In this document: positions 24,207 to 35,631 of the stretch, piece by piece | How positions within the stretch are numbered: position 1 is the first letter of the stretch | Layout: each line of letters begins with the position of its first letter | Source: Chiloscyllium plagiosum | Taxonomy: Eukaryota | Direction of reading: 5' to 3' | Length of the DNA stretch: 64,000 nt | Assembly: GCF_004010195.1 (NCBI RefSeq) | Contig: NC_057728.1 | Span: 44,578,381-44,642,380 of the forward strand | Program-made: the position numbers and the translations under genes | The notes under the pieces: generated by a model | Database searches by the model: none | The model's input: only the letters and a program-made list of their open reading frames with translations | What the model was told of the DNA's origin: nothing

Positions 24207-26751
24207 ATGTTATGATCTCATCTGATGTTATTACTGGACAAGTCAGAATCCAGACTGAAATCTAGCTTGATTGATTATGTTTTGTTTTATTATTTTGGTT
24301 TTATCAAAATGGTCTTTCATTAGAACACAAAAATGCACTGCTGCAGATTTGTGTTTAATGATAAAATAAAATTTCAGTGTACAAAATAGATGAAGATAAA
24401 ATTAAAATAAAATAAATCTATTTATATATAATACAAATACAATCATTACAAAATATAATAAAGAGAATCCCATTAATCTCAAAATATACTCTTTTAGGGT
24501 GCTCACACCCAGGAGAACTTCCTCCTCTTTCACATCCATAGAACTCAATTTAACTGTAGCTTCAATTCTTGAAGTCTTGAAAATCTGCTTACCTCTTCCT
24601 GGAGCCTACGCACAACTGAGCTTAGACTTTCTCAGCTTCAAATAACCTATTCAGTGTTGTAACCAAACACTTGGGGCCTGAAACGTTTAAATTAATCTCC
24701 TTAGAATGAGGTAACTTTTTTTAACTAATAGTCTTACACTATTTCTCTTTCTCAGGTTTTACACATCCAGCTTCAGTCAAATCTTCTGCAATCCCTAAAT
24801 GATAAACTAAAAAGATTTTCTCCAAGCAGTGGGCATTTATCCGACCCTGAAAGAGATCCCGAATCTTCTATCTGCAAATCTAACGTGCAACTGTTTACTT
24901 TGTTCACTCATTAAAAACTCCACAATGAAAACAAATTCGCAGTAGTCTCCCTGAAATCTCTTGCTCAGATTGTTTTTTGGAAGTGAAATAACCAGGACCT
25001 GATCAGGTGTACCCTAGAACTCTGTGTACTCTAGAGCTCTGTGGGAAGCTAGAGAAGTGATTGCTGGGCTTTTTGTGGAGATATTTGTATCATCGATAGT
25101 CACAGGTGAGGTGCCGGAAAACTGGATATTGGCTAACGTGGTGCCACTGTTTAAGAACGGTAGTAAGGACAAGCCAGGGAACTATAGACCAGTGATCCTG
25201 ACGTTGGTGGTGGGCAAGTGTTGGAAGGAATCCTGAGGGACAGGATGTACATGTATTTGGAAAGGCAAGAACTGATTAGCAATAGTCAACATGGCTTTAT
25301 GTGTAGGAAATCATGTCTCACAAACTTGATTGAGTTTTTTGAAGAACTAACAAAGAGGATTGATGAGGGCAGAGTGGCAGATGTGATCTATATGGACTTC
25401 AGCAAAGTGTTCAACAAGGTTCACAATGGGAGACTGGTTAGCAAGGTTAAATCTCATGGAATACGGGGAGAACTTGCCATTTGGATACAGAACTGGCTCA
25501 AAGGTAAAAGACAGAGAATGGTGGTAGAGGGTTGTTTTTCAGACTGGAGGCCTGTGACCAGTGGAGTGCCACAAGAATTGGTGCTGGGTCCTCTACTTTT
25601 TGTCATTTATATAAATGATTTGGATGCAAGCATAAGAGGTACAATTAGTAAGTTTGCAGATGAGACCAAAATTGGAGGTGTAGTGGACAGTGAAGATGGT
25701 TACCTCAGATTACAACAGGATCTTGATCAGATGGGTCAATGGGCTGAGAAGGGCAGATGGAGTTTAATTTAGATAAATGTGAGGTGCTGCATTTTGGGAA
25801 AGCAAATCTTAGCAGAACTTATACACTAAATGGTAAGGTCCTCGGGTGTGTTACTGAACAAAGACACCTTTGCAAGTTCATAGCTCTTTGAAAGTAGAGT
25901 CGCAGGATGATAGAATAGTGAAGAAGGTGTTTGGTATGCTTTCCTTTATTGGTCAGAGTATTGAGTACAGGAGTTGGGAGGTCATGTTGCAGCTGTACAG
26001 GACATTGATTAGGCCACTGTTGGAATATTACCTGCACTTCTGATCTCCTTCCTATCGGAAAGATGTTGTGAAACTTGAAAAGGTTCAGAAAAGATTTACA
26101 AAAATGTGCTAGAGTTGGAGGAATTGAGCCGTAGGGAGAGGCTGAACAGGCTGGGGCTGTTTTCCCTGGAGCGTCGGAGGCTGAGGGGTGACCTTATAGA
26201 GGGGCATGGATAGGATAAATAGACAAAGTCTTTTCCCTGAGGTCGGGGAGTCCAGAACCAAAGGGGATAGATTTAGGGTGAGAGGGGAAAGATATAAAAG
26301 GGACCTATGGGGCAACTTTTTCACACAGAGGGTGGTAAGTGTATGGAATGAGCTGCCAGAGGAAGTGGTGGAGGCTGGTACAATTGCAACATTTAAAAGC
26401 ATTTGAATGGGTATATGAATAGGAAGGGTTTGGAGGGATGTGGGCCGGGTGTTGGCAGGTGGGACTAGATTGGGTTGGGATATCTGGTCAGCATGGATGG
26501 ATTGGACCGAAGGGTCTGTTTCCATGCTGTACATCTCTACGACTCTATGACTCAATAAATACATCTAAATTAATCATTAATCCACTACAGACGCATTGAA
26601 AACCATATGCTGCTAGTTCAAAATACAAAAATCCACTATAAATTATATTAGATTATATTAATCATACATTCCCAAAGAAAAATGAAAATGTATCTTTAAA
26701 TGACATTTTCATTATTTATCAAAAACTATCTTAACAACATCTCTACGTCAC
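24207..26751 (-). mobile_element. Gypsy-type LTR copy interrupted by CR1 at ~24986-26553
   Basis: Starts TGTTATGATCTCATCTGATG, aligns by eye with 33785-34796, and ends ...GTCACA. Confidence 0.55.
24986..26553 (+). mobile_element. CR1 LINE, 5'-truncated (subfamily B)
   Basis: PGPDQVYP, GNYRPV, MDFSKVFNKV and SKFADETK motifs; (CTATGACT)n tail; closely related to 43770-45338. Confidence 0.97.
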
Positions 26752-26779
26752 AGTAAGAGTAGCAACATAATGACATTGA

Positions 26780-27620
26780 ACATACAATGAGCTACACATA
26801 AACCAAATTTTATATCAGTTCATAGGCACTGATGTCCTTCAACTGAGCTTTATAAAACATATTTTCTTTTCCAGGCACATGCATGACTTTAAACAATGCT
26901 GCTGGAGAATTAAACTCCACCAAAACAACTAAAGTTATTGTTCTGAAAAGAAATGAAAATTAAATAGAACACGCAAATCTACATGCTCATAGCCTAAATT
27001 GAAAGAGTTTGAAACATACATTAAAAGTGCAATTAATTAATTAATTCAAAAACACTGCTTTATGAGTTTCCAAAAATAAAACTATCCCCTTTTTACGCAC
27101 AGCACCCAATAGCCACCTGTGTACAGTAATCATGCCAGAACTCTTTCTGCAACAGCTCAATATATTTAAGATGCCTGTCACTTTAACTTTGAGATTGGAG
27201 CCTCTGATAGCTTATTCCTGGAGCTATCCTATACCTGAGTTCAAACATACTCAGCTTCCATTCTTCTTTGGGGTTTTTCTGAACAATTCCAGTCTGGGAC
27301 TTTCAATAACTCCTTACTCTAAGTTTATCTAATTTCAGTATATTCTCCCTTCTTCAGGAGCACTTCTTTAAGCATTCATTCTCATGCAATTATTTCACAC
27401 AACTACCTAAAGCAAAGAAAAAATAATAGAAACATTTTTCCTTCTAAGCTATGTGTTTCTCCTCAACTTAAAACATTCTATCTATGTCTAGATGTTTCTA
27501 ACAGAATTACAAATGTCTGCTCTGCTATATCATAAAGCTCTAAAGTAAACAAATATCCATTAGACTGCCAAAGAAAATACAACAAACTACTTGGATAGTG
27601 TCTCCCACCCATTCTCCTCT
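26780..27620 (-). mobile_element. Gypsy-type LTR copy (same family as 33785-34796); may resume at 31700-31823
   Basis: 27170-27480 aligns with 34240-34545 (CTTATTCCTGGAGCTAT, CTCAGCTTC, ACAACT.CCTAA). Confidence 0.6.
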
Positions 27621-28333
27621 AATCGAAAAAAAGTTCTGTACATCGGTTAGTAAAGTGACAAGTGTTTTGTTTCATGTTTCATTTTTCAGTGGTTTAATTG
27701 GGAATTTAGAATAGTGGAAATGGAGGTTAGGGCAGTTGAATGTTCCTGCTGCAGTATGTGGGAAGTTAGGGTCACCTCTAGTGTCCCTGCTGACCTCATT
27801 TGTGGGAAATGCACCCAACTCCAGCTCCTCGAGAACCATGTTAGGGAGCTGGAGCTGGAGCTGGATGAACTTTGGATCATTTGGGAGGCAGAGGGGATTA
27901 TTGAGAGGAGCTACTAGGATGTAGTTACTCCATAGCCACATGAAGAAGATAGATGGGTTACTGACAGGGATAGGAAAGGGAACCAGCAGGCAGTACAGGG
28001 ATCTGCAGCGGTGGTTCTCCTCAACAAGTATACTGTTTTGGATACTGTTGGGGGTTGGGGTGGTGGGGTGAGTTTTACTAGGGGTAAGCAATGAGGCACA
28101 GATCTCTGGTGCAGAGTCGCCCTGCTGCTCAGAATGAAAGGGGGAAGAACAGCAGAGATTTAGTTATTGGAAACTCCACAGTTGGGGGACAGATAGGAGG
28201 TTTTGTGGGAACAAGAGAGATTGTGTTGCTGAGGTGTGTTTCCTCTGAGGTGCCAGGGTTCGTGATGTCTCTGATCATGTTTATGGAATATTTGAGGGGG
28301 AGGGGGAGCAGCCCCAAGTCATGGTCCACATAG

Positions 28334-29026
28334 TCTGCAGGTACCTTGGACATGTACGCCACCACTGTCAAAGACTTATCAGCAAGTGTGTGGGTGACTG
28401 TATACTGAGGAAGTCAATCGAGGTGTTGCCCAACTGGAAATCCTGGATGAATCAGGGCATACAGAACTTGCTAAAAACTAGGTGTGCGGCCTTCAGATCA
28501 GGAGACCTATTAAAATATAAGGAATCCAAATATGACCTTCATGGCACCATTAAGATAACCAAGGACCAATACCGATTCAAACCAGAGACCCAGACAGACA
28601 CCCAGCAACTATGGCAAGGACTGAATGACATCACAGGTTCTAGAAAGAGACAGTGCAAGATAGCAGACAATGACACATCCCTCCCAGATCATCACAACTC
28701 CTTCTATGCTCGCTTTAAGCAGAATTTCGGTGGAGAGATAACATCTATTTCGACAAGTCCTGACGAACCTAACCCAACAGTCACTGCATCAGAGGTCAAA
28801 TCAGTTTTCCTTCATGTGAATCCACGGCAAATGATGGGACCAGATGGAGTACCAGGCCGTGCACTCAAAGCATGCGCAAATCAACTGGCAGAGATCATCT
28901 CGGACATCTTCAATCTCTCCCTGCAGCAGGCTACTGTCCCTGCCAGCTTCAAGAGAGCCATCCCTGTGCCTAAGAAGGCTCATGCAGCATGTCTCAATGA
29001 CTACCACCCCAGTACTCCTAACTTCG
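28334..29026 (+). mobile_element. Rex1/Babar LINE internal fragment
   Basis: ISKCVGDC...PNWKSWMN...LWQGLNDIT...GPDGVPGRALKACANQLAEIISDIFNLSLQQATVPASFK...PVPKK...CLNDY. Confidence 0.9.
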
Positions 29027-29585
29027 GCAGGGCGGGGGGAGGGGGGTTAAACGAATGCATCAGCGGGATGGGAACCTAAATTGTAGTTCCAGTGTACAGG
29101 AGGTTGAGGGTAGTGAGGTCAGGGATAGGTTTACAAGGCCGCGAGAGGACACTGGCAATCAGGATGTTGGTTTGAAATGTGTGTACTTTAATGTCAGGAG
29201 CATCTGGAATAAGGTGGTTGAACTTGCAGCATGGGTGGTACCTGGGATTTCGATGTTGTGGCCATTTCAGAGACATGGCTGGAGGTGGGACAGGGATGGT
29301 TATTGCAGATTCCGGGATTTAGATGTTTCAGTAAGAACAGAGAAAATGGTAAAAGGGAGTGGGTGTGGCATTGTTAATCAAGGGAAGTATTACAGCAACT
29401 GAGTTAACATGTGAGGATTCATCCATTGAGGTAGTTTGGACTGAGGTTAGAAACAGGAAAGAAGATGTCACCCTGTTGGGAGTTTTCTATAGGCTTCTGA
29501 ATTGTTCTAAGGTTGTGGAGGAAAGGATAGCAAAGATGATTCTCAATAAGAGCAAGAGTAACAGGGTAGTTGTTATGGGGGACCT

Positions 29586-29903
29586 CACGGTGGCTCAGTG
29601 GTTAGCACTGCTGACTCACAGTGCCAAGGACCTGGGTTCGATTCCCACTTTGGGTGACTGCCTGTGTGGAGTTTGCACATTCTCCGCGTGTCTGCATAGG
29701 TTTCCTTCGGGTACTCCGGTTTCCTCCCACAATCCAAAAATGTGCAGGATAGGTGAATTGGCCATGCTAAATTGCTCATAGTGTTAGGTACGTTAGTCAG
29801 GGGTAAATAGGTCTGGGTGGGTTGCTCTTTGGAGAGTCGATGTGGACTTGTTGGGCTGAAGGGCCTGTTTCCACACTGTAGGGAATTGAATTGAATCAGA
29901 ATC
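29586..29903 (+). mobile_element. HE1-type tRNA-derived V-SINE inserted in the CR1 endonuclease
   Basis: Box A GGTGGCTCAGTGG, box B GGTTCGATTCC, V-domain TGTGTGGAGTTTGCACATTCTCC, CR1-like tail; splits the MGD|FNFPNI motif. Confidence 0.92.
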
Positions 29904-31824
29904 GGAACTTCCCCAACATTGAGAATACTACAGTCCAAGCAGTTTAGATGGGTCAGATTTTGTTCAGTATACGCAGGAGGGTTTGCTGACACAGCATGAA
30001 GACAGGCCAACAAGGGACGATGCTATATTGGATTTGGTACTGGGGAATGAACCCAGCCAGGTGTTAGATTTAGAGGTAGGTGAGCACTTTGGCAATAGTG
30101 ACCACAATTCCATTATGTTTACAACAGCAATGGGCAGGGGTAGGTATATACTGCAGGTAAACGTGCATAACTGGGAGAAAGGCAATTATGATGCTATTAG
30201 GCAAGATTTAGGGTGCATAGGCTGGGGAAAGAAACTGCAGGGGATGGACAAACTTGAAATGTGGAGCTTATTCAAGGAACAGCTTCTGCAGATCCTTGAT
30301 AAGTATATACCTATCAGGTAGGGAGGTAGTAGTCGAGAGAAGGAGCCATGGTTTACTGAAGAAGTTGAAGCTCTTGTCAAGAGGAAGAAGAAGGCTTATG
30401 TGATGATGAGGAACGAAGGCTCATTTAGGGGACTTGAGAGTTATAGGTTAGCCAGAAAAGATCTAAAGAAAGGGCTAAGAAGAGCCAGGATGGGACATAA
30501 GAAGTTGTGGGTGGATAGGATCAAGGAAAACCCTAAGGCCTTCTATAGGTACATCAGGAATAAAGGAATGACCAGAGTAAAATTAGGACCAATCAAAGAT
30601 AGTCGTGGAAAGTTGTGCAGGGAATCTGCAGACATAGGGAAAGCGTTTAATGAATACTTTTCATCAGTATTCATATTGGAAAAGGGAAAATTTAGTGAGA
30701 ATACAGGCTACTAGATTAGATGGGATTGTGGTTAACAATGAAGTGGTTTTAGCAAATTTGGAAGATCTGAAAATATATAAGACCCCTGGGCCGGATGAGA
30801 TTTATCCCAAGATTCTCTGGGAAGCCAGGGAGGAGATTGCAGAGCCTTTGGTTTTGATCTTTATGTCACCATTGTCAACAGGGGTAGTGCTTGAAGACTG
30901 GAGGATAGCAAATATTGTTCCCTTGTTTACGAATGGAGTCGAGGTAGCCTTGGTAATTATAGGCCTGTGAGCCTTACTTCAGTCGTAGGTAAGGTGTTGG
31001 AAAAGGCTATAAATGATAGGATTTATAACCAACTGGTAAGGAATAATTTGATAAGAGATGGTTTTGTGAAGGGTAGGTCGTGCCGCACTAACCTTATTGA
31101 GTTCTTTGAGAAGGTGATATAACAGGTGGATGACGGTAAAGTGGTTGATGTGGTGTATATGGACTTTAGTAAGGCATTTGATAAGGTTCCACACAGTAGG
31201 TTATTGCACAAAATACGGAGTTTCGGGATTGAAGGTGATTTAGCAAATTGGATCAAAAATTGGCTAGCTGACAGATGGTGGTGGTTGATGGGAAATGTTT
31301 ATCCTGGAGCTCAGTTACAAGTTGTGTGCTGCAAGGATCTGTTTTTGGGCCACTGCTGTTTGTCATTTTTATGAATGATCTGGATGTGGGCGTAGACGGA
31401 TGGGTTAGTAAATTTGCAGATGACACTAACATAGGCAGAGTTGTGGATGGTGCTGATGGATGTTATGGATTACAGAGGGACATAGATAAGATGCAGAGCT
31501 GGGCTGAGAAGTGGCAAATAGAGTTTAATGTGGAATAGTGTGAGGTAATTCGCTTCGAAAGAAATAACAGGAATGCAGAGTACTGGGCTAATGGTAAAAT
31601 TCTTGGCAGTGTAGATGAACAGAGAGATCTCAGTATCCGGGCGCATAAATCCCTGAAAGTTGTCACGAAGTTGATAGGGTTATTAAGAAGGCATATGATG
31701 TCCACTTTCACCACCCTGTTGATTTTGCAATAATCAATACAGAACTTCGATAACCTTCCCTGAGCTAATCTTTCTGGATTGTTATTTTCCAGATAATGCA
31801 TCCCCTACATTCACAGCATGACAA

Positions 31825-33784
31825 GACATTATTTAAACATTTTGACATAAAGTATCATCCTTGATCTGATGGTATTTCTTTGAGTAATCCATATACTATT
31901 AAAACAAATTAATGTTTCACTTTTACTTTTGCATGGATTTTTCCTCAAGGTGCTGTTTCAGGAAGTATTTTAGAAACATCCAAAATCATTGAAAAGTATT
32001 GGTTCCATTCCTGATTTCAGGGGGTGGTCCTATGTGGACTATTAAGATCCTGGTAAATTGTACTTCAAAGCTAATATAGTATTAAATGTGCAGATTTGCT
32101 TCATGGGGCTTTCCCTATGGTTGATATTTATGGCCTAAGGGCAAAATTTGACTACTACTTTATGTAATCTTGCTCAATAAAATGTTTTAATATTTTAGTC
32201 TGAGTTTTCCAAATATCTAACTGAACTGCCATTGAGATTTATGAAACACTGATTAAGTTTCATCATAATACTCAGCTGGAACTACCACCTGATGGGTCAC
32301 TGCCCATTCCTTACTGGCTGCTATTTTAGGTAGTGTCCAACCTCATTAGTACTTTGTCTTTCAAATAATAACATTTTGATACTAATCTTGATATATTTTC
32401 TGTGTTGTCTTTTTTTAAATTATCCTTCAACTCTAAATCGGTTTGTTGAATTTCTATTAAAAAGAATGGCTAAACATTGCAGCCTTATTTTCTTTGACTT
32501 CACCCTTTTTAAGTTAAATTTTCATAAACTTAAATCTTATAACTGAATTTCAAAATTATCTTCCTGTTTCATAGAATTCTTCTCTTCCTGTCTATTTCTG
32601 TGGACGTGAGATCTAGTCACAACACTGTCAGGAAACAATATTCCTTCTGTAACATTTCAGTTTCTTGTATCTCATTGATTATCCTACAATGCTTGGTTAA
32701 GTCAGTATTCATGAATTTGCTGACTAATTTCTCAAAATAAAGTCATTCCTTTTATTGGAATTTGTTTCACCAATCCAACTATATCCCTATTTATCAAGTC
32801 TCTTTTTATCCCAACAGTGTATAATCTGATGGGTTTGTAACCCTCATGTACACCTTAAAGTGATACTTTCTCTTTCATTGACCTTTCTGGAGACAATAGT
32901 ATCAGTAGCTAATATCAGTGACTGACTTGCTCTAGTGTCTCTTACCAATGCTTTATTGATTTACTTGCTTATTTTGAAGCATAAAGAACTACCTCTGTTT
33001 TTCAGATAATTTACTCAAAATTTCAAACAATTCCATGTTCCTTGTCAGTATTCAAATAAAATAATGCTCTTGACTGTCTTGAGCATGTCAATCTCTTTAC
33101 GTTACTTTTTGTTCAATCTTTCTTCTTCATTACTTCTTTATTTACGTATCCTTCTATTTGTTCTGCATAACTACTACTTTATCTATTTCCAAATTTTGTA
33201 TTCCTCCTTTCACTATATTGTTTTATGGCCAACTCATGGTCTTTAATTTCTCTAACTGTAGTTGAAGTTTTTTTGAAATATATCATCTTTTGCATTTCTG
33301 TCTGCTTTTCTCTCTCTCTACTAGAGACAATAAAAACTGCAGATGCTAGCATCCAAGATAGACAAGCAGGAAGCCGGAAGAAGACAGCCAACCAGACTGA
33401 GTGTTCTTCCAGCGTCCTGCTTGTACCTTTCTCTCTCTACTGTATATAATTTCCTCTATTTTGCTGATTTTTCCATTCCTAAATGTCATTTGATCACTTG
33501 AAACACCCCATCCTCCTGAAATCCTGTTTCTGTATTTACCTTTATACTATATGTAAACTCTTCCAGTTTAGCCCCAGTCAAAGATTTTAAAAAATCCACT
33601 AATATATTTCTTGCATCCAGAAAGCTGTTAGCAACATCCGAAGCATTCTTTAAATTCCATGCCATAATCATCACCACAACATGGCTACTTTATATGTGGA
33701 ACCATCAAATAGTCATTCATTTCACAAGAAATATAAGGATCCCTCCTAAATCCAATGATTCATAATCGTGTCAAGAGCCCAAAC
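31825..33784 (-). mobile_element. Decayed Gmr1-type Gypsy LTR retrotransposon internal region (gag, protease, integrase)
   Basis: Minus-strand VRDTRASQSLIL (protease, 32910-32946), FPDSVVTRS (32609-32636), CYYLKDKVLMR, EWAVTHQVVVP, KTQTKILKHF and YGLLKEIPSDQG (~31858-31893); degenerate tRNA-Pro-like PBS TTTGGGCTC next to the LTR. Confidence 0.8.
33323..33427. mobile_element. Short palindromic Penelope-derived insertion
   Basis: CAAGCAGGAAGCCGGAAGAA...TTCTTCCAGCGTCCTGCTTG inverted arms; flanked by the TCTCTCTCTACT direct repeat; tail matches the 21365-21488 family. Confidence 0.65.
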
Positions 33785-34796
33785 TGTTATGATCTCAACT
33801 GATGTCAATACTGAAAAAGTTAGATCTCAGACTGAAATTTGGCCTCATAGGTGGACTGAAAATGTACAGTCTTATTATTTAAGAAAGTAGCTCCTCTTCA
33901 CGTTCTCAAGGACAACTAGGCAATAATTCTTAGCCAACCATGATGTCCATGTCCTATGACTGAATAAAAAAAAGTCATATTTTGCTTTGTTTTGGTTTTA
34001 TCAAGGTACTCTGTCACTGAGTCAAAAGCACACTGTGTGGCAGATTTTATTTCAGAAATAAAACAAAAGTCTATTAAGCAAAGGAAATGAAGATAAAGCA
34101 GAATAGAATAATGTATCCATTTAGTCATAGCACAAACTCAGAGTTGCGAACACAGTAAAAGTCAGTAACACAGATTTTTAAAAGCAATAAATCTTTTACA
34201 CCAGAATCCATTTATCTCACACCTTGATAGGTTTAAGGTAACTGTCACTTGAACTCTAAGATCTCCTAGACCTTATTCCTGGAGCTATTATGCACCCAAA
34301 TTTAAACATTCTCAGCTTCAAATTCTCTTCAAAGTGTTATCCCAAGACTGCCACTCTGGCACTATGACTAATGCTTTCTGCTAGGTAATCTTGTTTTCTC
34401 AATATTTACCCTTCTCAGAAATGCTGCTTTATGCACATATCTCCAGAGAAGGACTTCAAACAACTGCCTAAGCAAATGTAAAAGAAAACAACAGCAACCT
34501 CTCTTTCTGAACTATAGGTGTTTCCCCTAAACCTAAAAAAAAATCCTAAGTGCAGAAATATGGAAGAAAAAAGCTTTGTGGTCCAAACGTCTACCTTTTC
34601 AGGTCATAAGTAAACAAAACCTGCTGAAGGAACTCTTGCAAACTGTTGTAAATGAAATCACCATGGGTACATAAATTCTTGCAAGTCTATTCTTAACTTC
34701 AGACACAAAGAAAACCTATATGATACTAATCAATAATTCAATACCCAAACATAAAGCAAGTGACATAAAAGTAAATAAGTCATAAATGTATATCAC
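33785..34796 (-). mobile_element. 5' LTR of the Gmr1-type element (contains a LINE/SINE tail at ~33885-33973)
   Basis: TGTTATGATC...TATCACA termini; abuts the PBS-like sequence and gag; related copies at 24207, ~26780 and 40128. Confidence 0.65.
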
Positions 34797-35631
34797 ATCA
34801 AACAGCTCCCGCACCAGTGTTACTGGCATCAACAGCAAATTTGAATAGCTTTGCATAATACAGCATCATTAAAACTGTTACAGTTGTCAGCACATTGTTC
34901 ACATTTTCAAAAGCATTTTGACACTGTGACATCTATTAAAATTTTCTGTTTTTCTTCAACAAATTAGTTAAAGGAGCAACCACAATGCTGAACTTCAGAA
35001 CAAATTTGTGGTTCCAAGCACAGGAAAATCCAACTAAGCCTGAACATTCAACTGTCTAAGTTCAACTGACCTTGTCCCACAGAGCAGGCAAATACGTCAT
35101 CTTTGCTTTGATGAATGCATTCTTAGTTGAACTTATAACCAAATTGACTTTTTGCAGTTGACAAAACTAAAATGTGCAGACTGAAAACAGAAACAATACA
35201 AATCACATACAAATTATTGTACAGGAAATAATGCAAAAATTGAGAAATAGATAGAATGAAGGGCAAGACATAAAGGAGAAATCAGGTAAAAAACAAATTA
35301 AACCTGCACAATTTCTTCTAAAGGAATGAGGTTTCAGGCTCGTATGATTAACTTTACAGGACAAGAAAAGTTGTTCAATAGTAATTACCAATCATTAAGT
35401 TGCAAAACGTATCACCCAATCCTGAGGTGTTTTCAATCATTTTTAATGCAAGACTAGAGTGTAATTACTGAGTATGTGCCACCATAACAATTTCTGTGCC
35501 AAGTCAATTGGCAAGAATTGCAACATTGTTCCCCTCCACCCATTTTAATAGCTACATGCTAAATTTTCCTACGTATTTGACAACCTTAACTTGAAATTGG
35601 TACTTAACGAATAGATTAAATTTCATTCCTG

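Larger units (their letters stand above)
27630..31700 (+). mobile_element. Near-full-length decayed CR1 (ORF1 zinc finger/leucine zipper/esterase and ORF2 EN-RT), 3'-truncated, with Rex1 and SINE insertions
   Basis: ORF1 CSCCSMWE...CGKCTQLQLLENHVRELELELDEL; VIGNSTV (GDS-like); ORF2 KCVYFNVRSI, VVVMGD, NSDHNSI, MDFSKAFDKVPH and SKFADDT. Confidence 0.95.

Noticed and set aside
28321..29079. Novel 252 aa protein
   Set aside because: Chance read-through across the CR1/Rex1 junctions; lacks the RT catalytic core
29586..29660. tRNA gene
   Set aside because: A/B boxes belong to a SINE head followed by V-domain and LINE tail; the same applies at 49560-49628, 50640-50723 and 56700-56777
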